Of a stretch of DNA of 64,000 nucleotides, positions 62,276 through 64,000 are shown one piece after another. Made by a program: the position numbers and the translations under genes. Each line of letters begins with the position of its first letter. The first letter of the stretch is position 1. The notes below the pieces were generated by a model. That model was given only the letters and a program-made list of their open reading frames with translations, did not search any database and had not been told where the DNA came from. The DNA is from the human T2T-CHM13v2.0 reference genome, Homo sapiens, in NCBI RefSeq assembly GCF_009914755.1, contig NC_060944.1; one strand, given 5' to 3'.

Positions 62276-63321
62276 TACTAGACCATAAACCTTACAAGGA
62301 TAGAATCTTTTCTGCTCACTATCATATACCCAGGACCTGTCGCAGTGCCTCATACACAGTGGCCACTCAAAAAAAATCTGTTGAATGAATGAATGAATGA
62401 ATGAATACAGTCTGTCTATTCTCCTTTGTTTCCTCTTCTCTGAATTTGTCCAAAGAAAATATGAGGTAAGGAAGCTGAGAAAGAGTAATCAGAAGGTATC
62501 CAATGCCTTCTCTTGTCTACATCTTAGGTAGGAATTCACAAAGCTTCTGATTTTAGTGAAAAGAAAGATTAAATAAAAGTCTCTGTAAGGGCTTTAGTTG
62601 TCAATCTGCCCTGAAGTTCAGAAATACTAAACTCAGAGCTCAAATATGCCAAGAATGTTTTTTTTTTTAAGCCTAAGAATAAATCTAGAATTATAAAGTT
62701 GTTTCCTACTTAACCCCAGAGGGTACACTGAGATTAAGTATAATTGTTTATAGTTGTGAGTTAGTAAGGATGTGTTCATAATGCAAAGAACTGCGTGGTT
62801 TTAAATGTTCTAAGTTGTGCATTACTTTAAAAATATATGGTAACGAGATATGAATAATTGGTGTTTGGTGAGGTTGAAGTTTCTGTAAAATGTATTTCAG
62901 GCTGTGCATTGGAGCTGTAAAAGTGCAACACTGACACCTTCCATGAAAAACCAGGCGGGTGCTGGAGGCCATAACTGAGACAGTGTTGAGCATGGAGGAA
63001 CAGGTCATGTCAATGAGCTTTAACCAATAAAGCATCTTGGAAACATCTGAGAAATCAAAAATATGACTTGCAAAGGGTGATTATATACATGGGGAGGATA
63101 ACTAGGAAAGAGCCTCAAAGGCTAGACCTTCCTTCTGGGATAGGGGAGGAGGATATATGCCCTTTGGGAAGAGAACAGAGCTAGCTAGGCACTTCAGATC
63201 AGAGCTGTGGGTGCTAACAACTAATTTGTGCTGGTTGAAACTTACCATTGTCCAAGACCTTCCCTTTCTGGGTCATTCTTAACAATTACTATTATACTTT
63301 AATAATTCAATATAGAGTATT

Positions 63322-63325
63322 TATA

Positions 63326-63381
<56 letters not shown>
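63322..63381. repeat. (TA)n microsatellite
   Basis: Direct reading. Confidence 0.95.
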
Positions 63382-63382
<1 letters not shown>

Positions 63383-63564
63383 CTTTTTAAATAGAGCTTA
63401 ACTGGATGGAGACATTCACTGTGTTGCTGAAATCCCTTTTATTCAGACCATGATTCCGTTATTGTTTATTTTTTCTGCTTTTCCAGCACTCATTACCTCC
63501 TTCATTGTAATGGGGGCGGGCCTCATCCCTCTGCCTCTTTCCATTTAACTGAGGCGGCTCTCAC

Positions 63565-64000
<436 letters not shown>

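Overview
Primate (almost certainly human) non-coding genomic DNA dominated by interspersed repeats. I find no host protein-coding exon, RNA gene, CpG island or CRISPR-like array. The recognisable ORFs are L1 ORF2 remnants or Alu read-throughs, and the rest are short and unremarkable. The window holds about 11 L1 insertions, including one full-length old L1PA15/16-like copy (10327-18639), a young L1PA2-like copy and a twin-primed 5'-inverted copy. It also holds 17 Alus (one an AluYb8/Yb9 stub), ERV1/ERVL/MaLR solo LTRs, hAT MITEs, and many MIR/L2 relics, often nested with readable target-site duplications (TSDs). The most unusual structures are a 149-bp segment copied 2.8 kb downstream into an L1MB, a templated-insertion scar inside an Alu, two Alus at one target site giving a triplicated TSD, a 3x44-bp array inside an Alu, and a 10-nt candidate L1 3' transduction. 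There is also a strong minus-strand bias of L1/Alu, which suggests an intron of a + strand transcript. I found no evidence for a new gene-encoded system. Subfamily names come from recalled consensus sequences and need RepeatMasker/Dfam confirmation.
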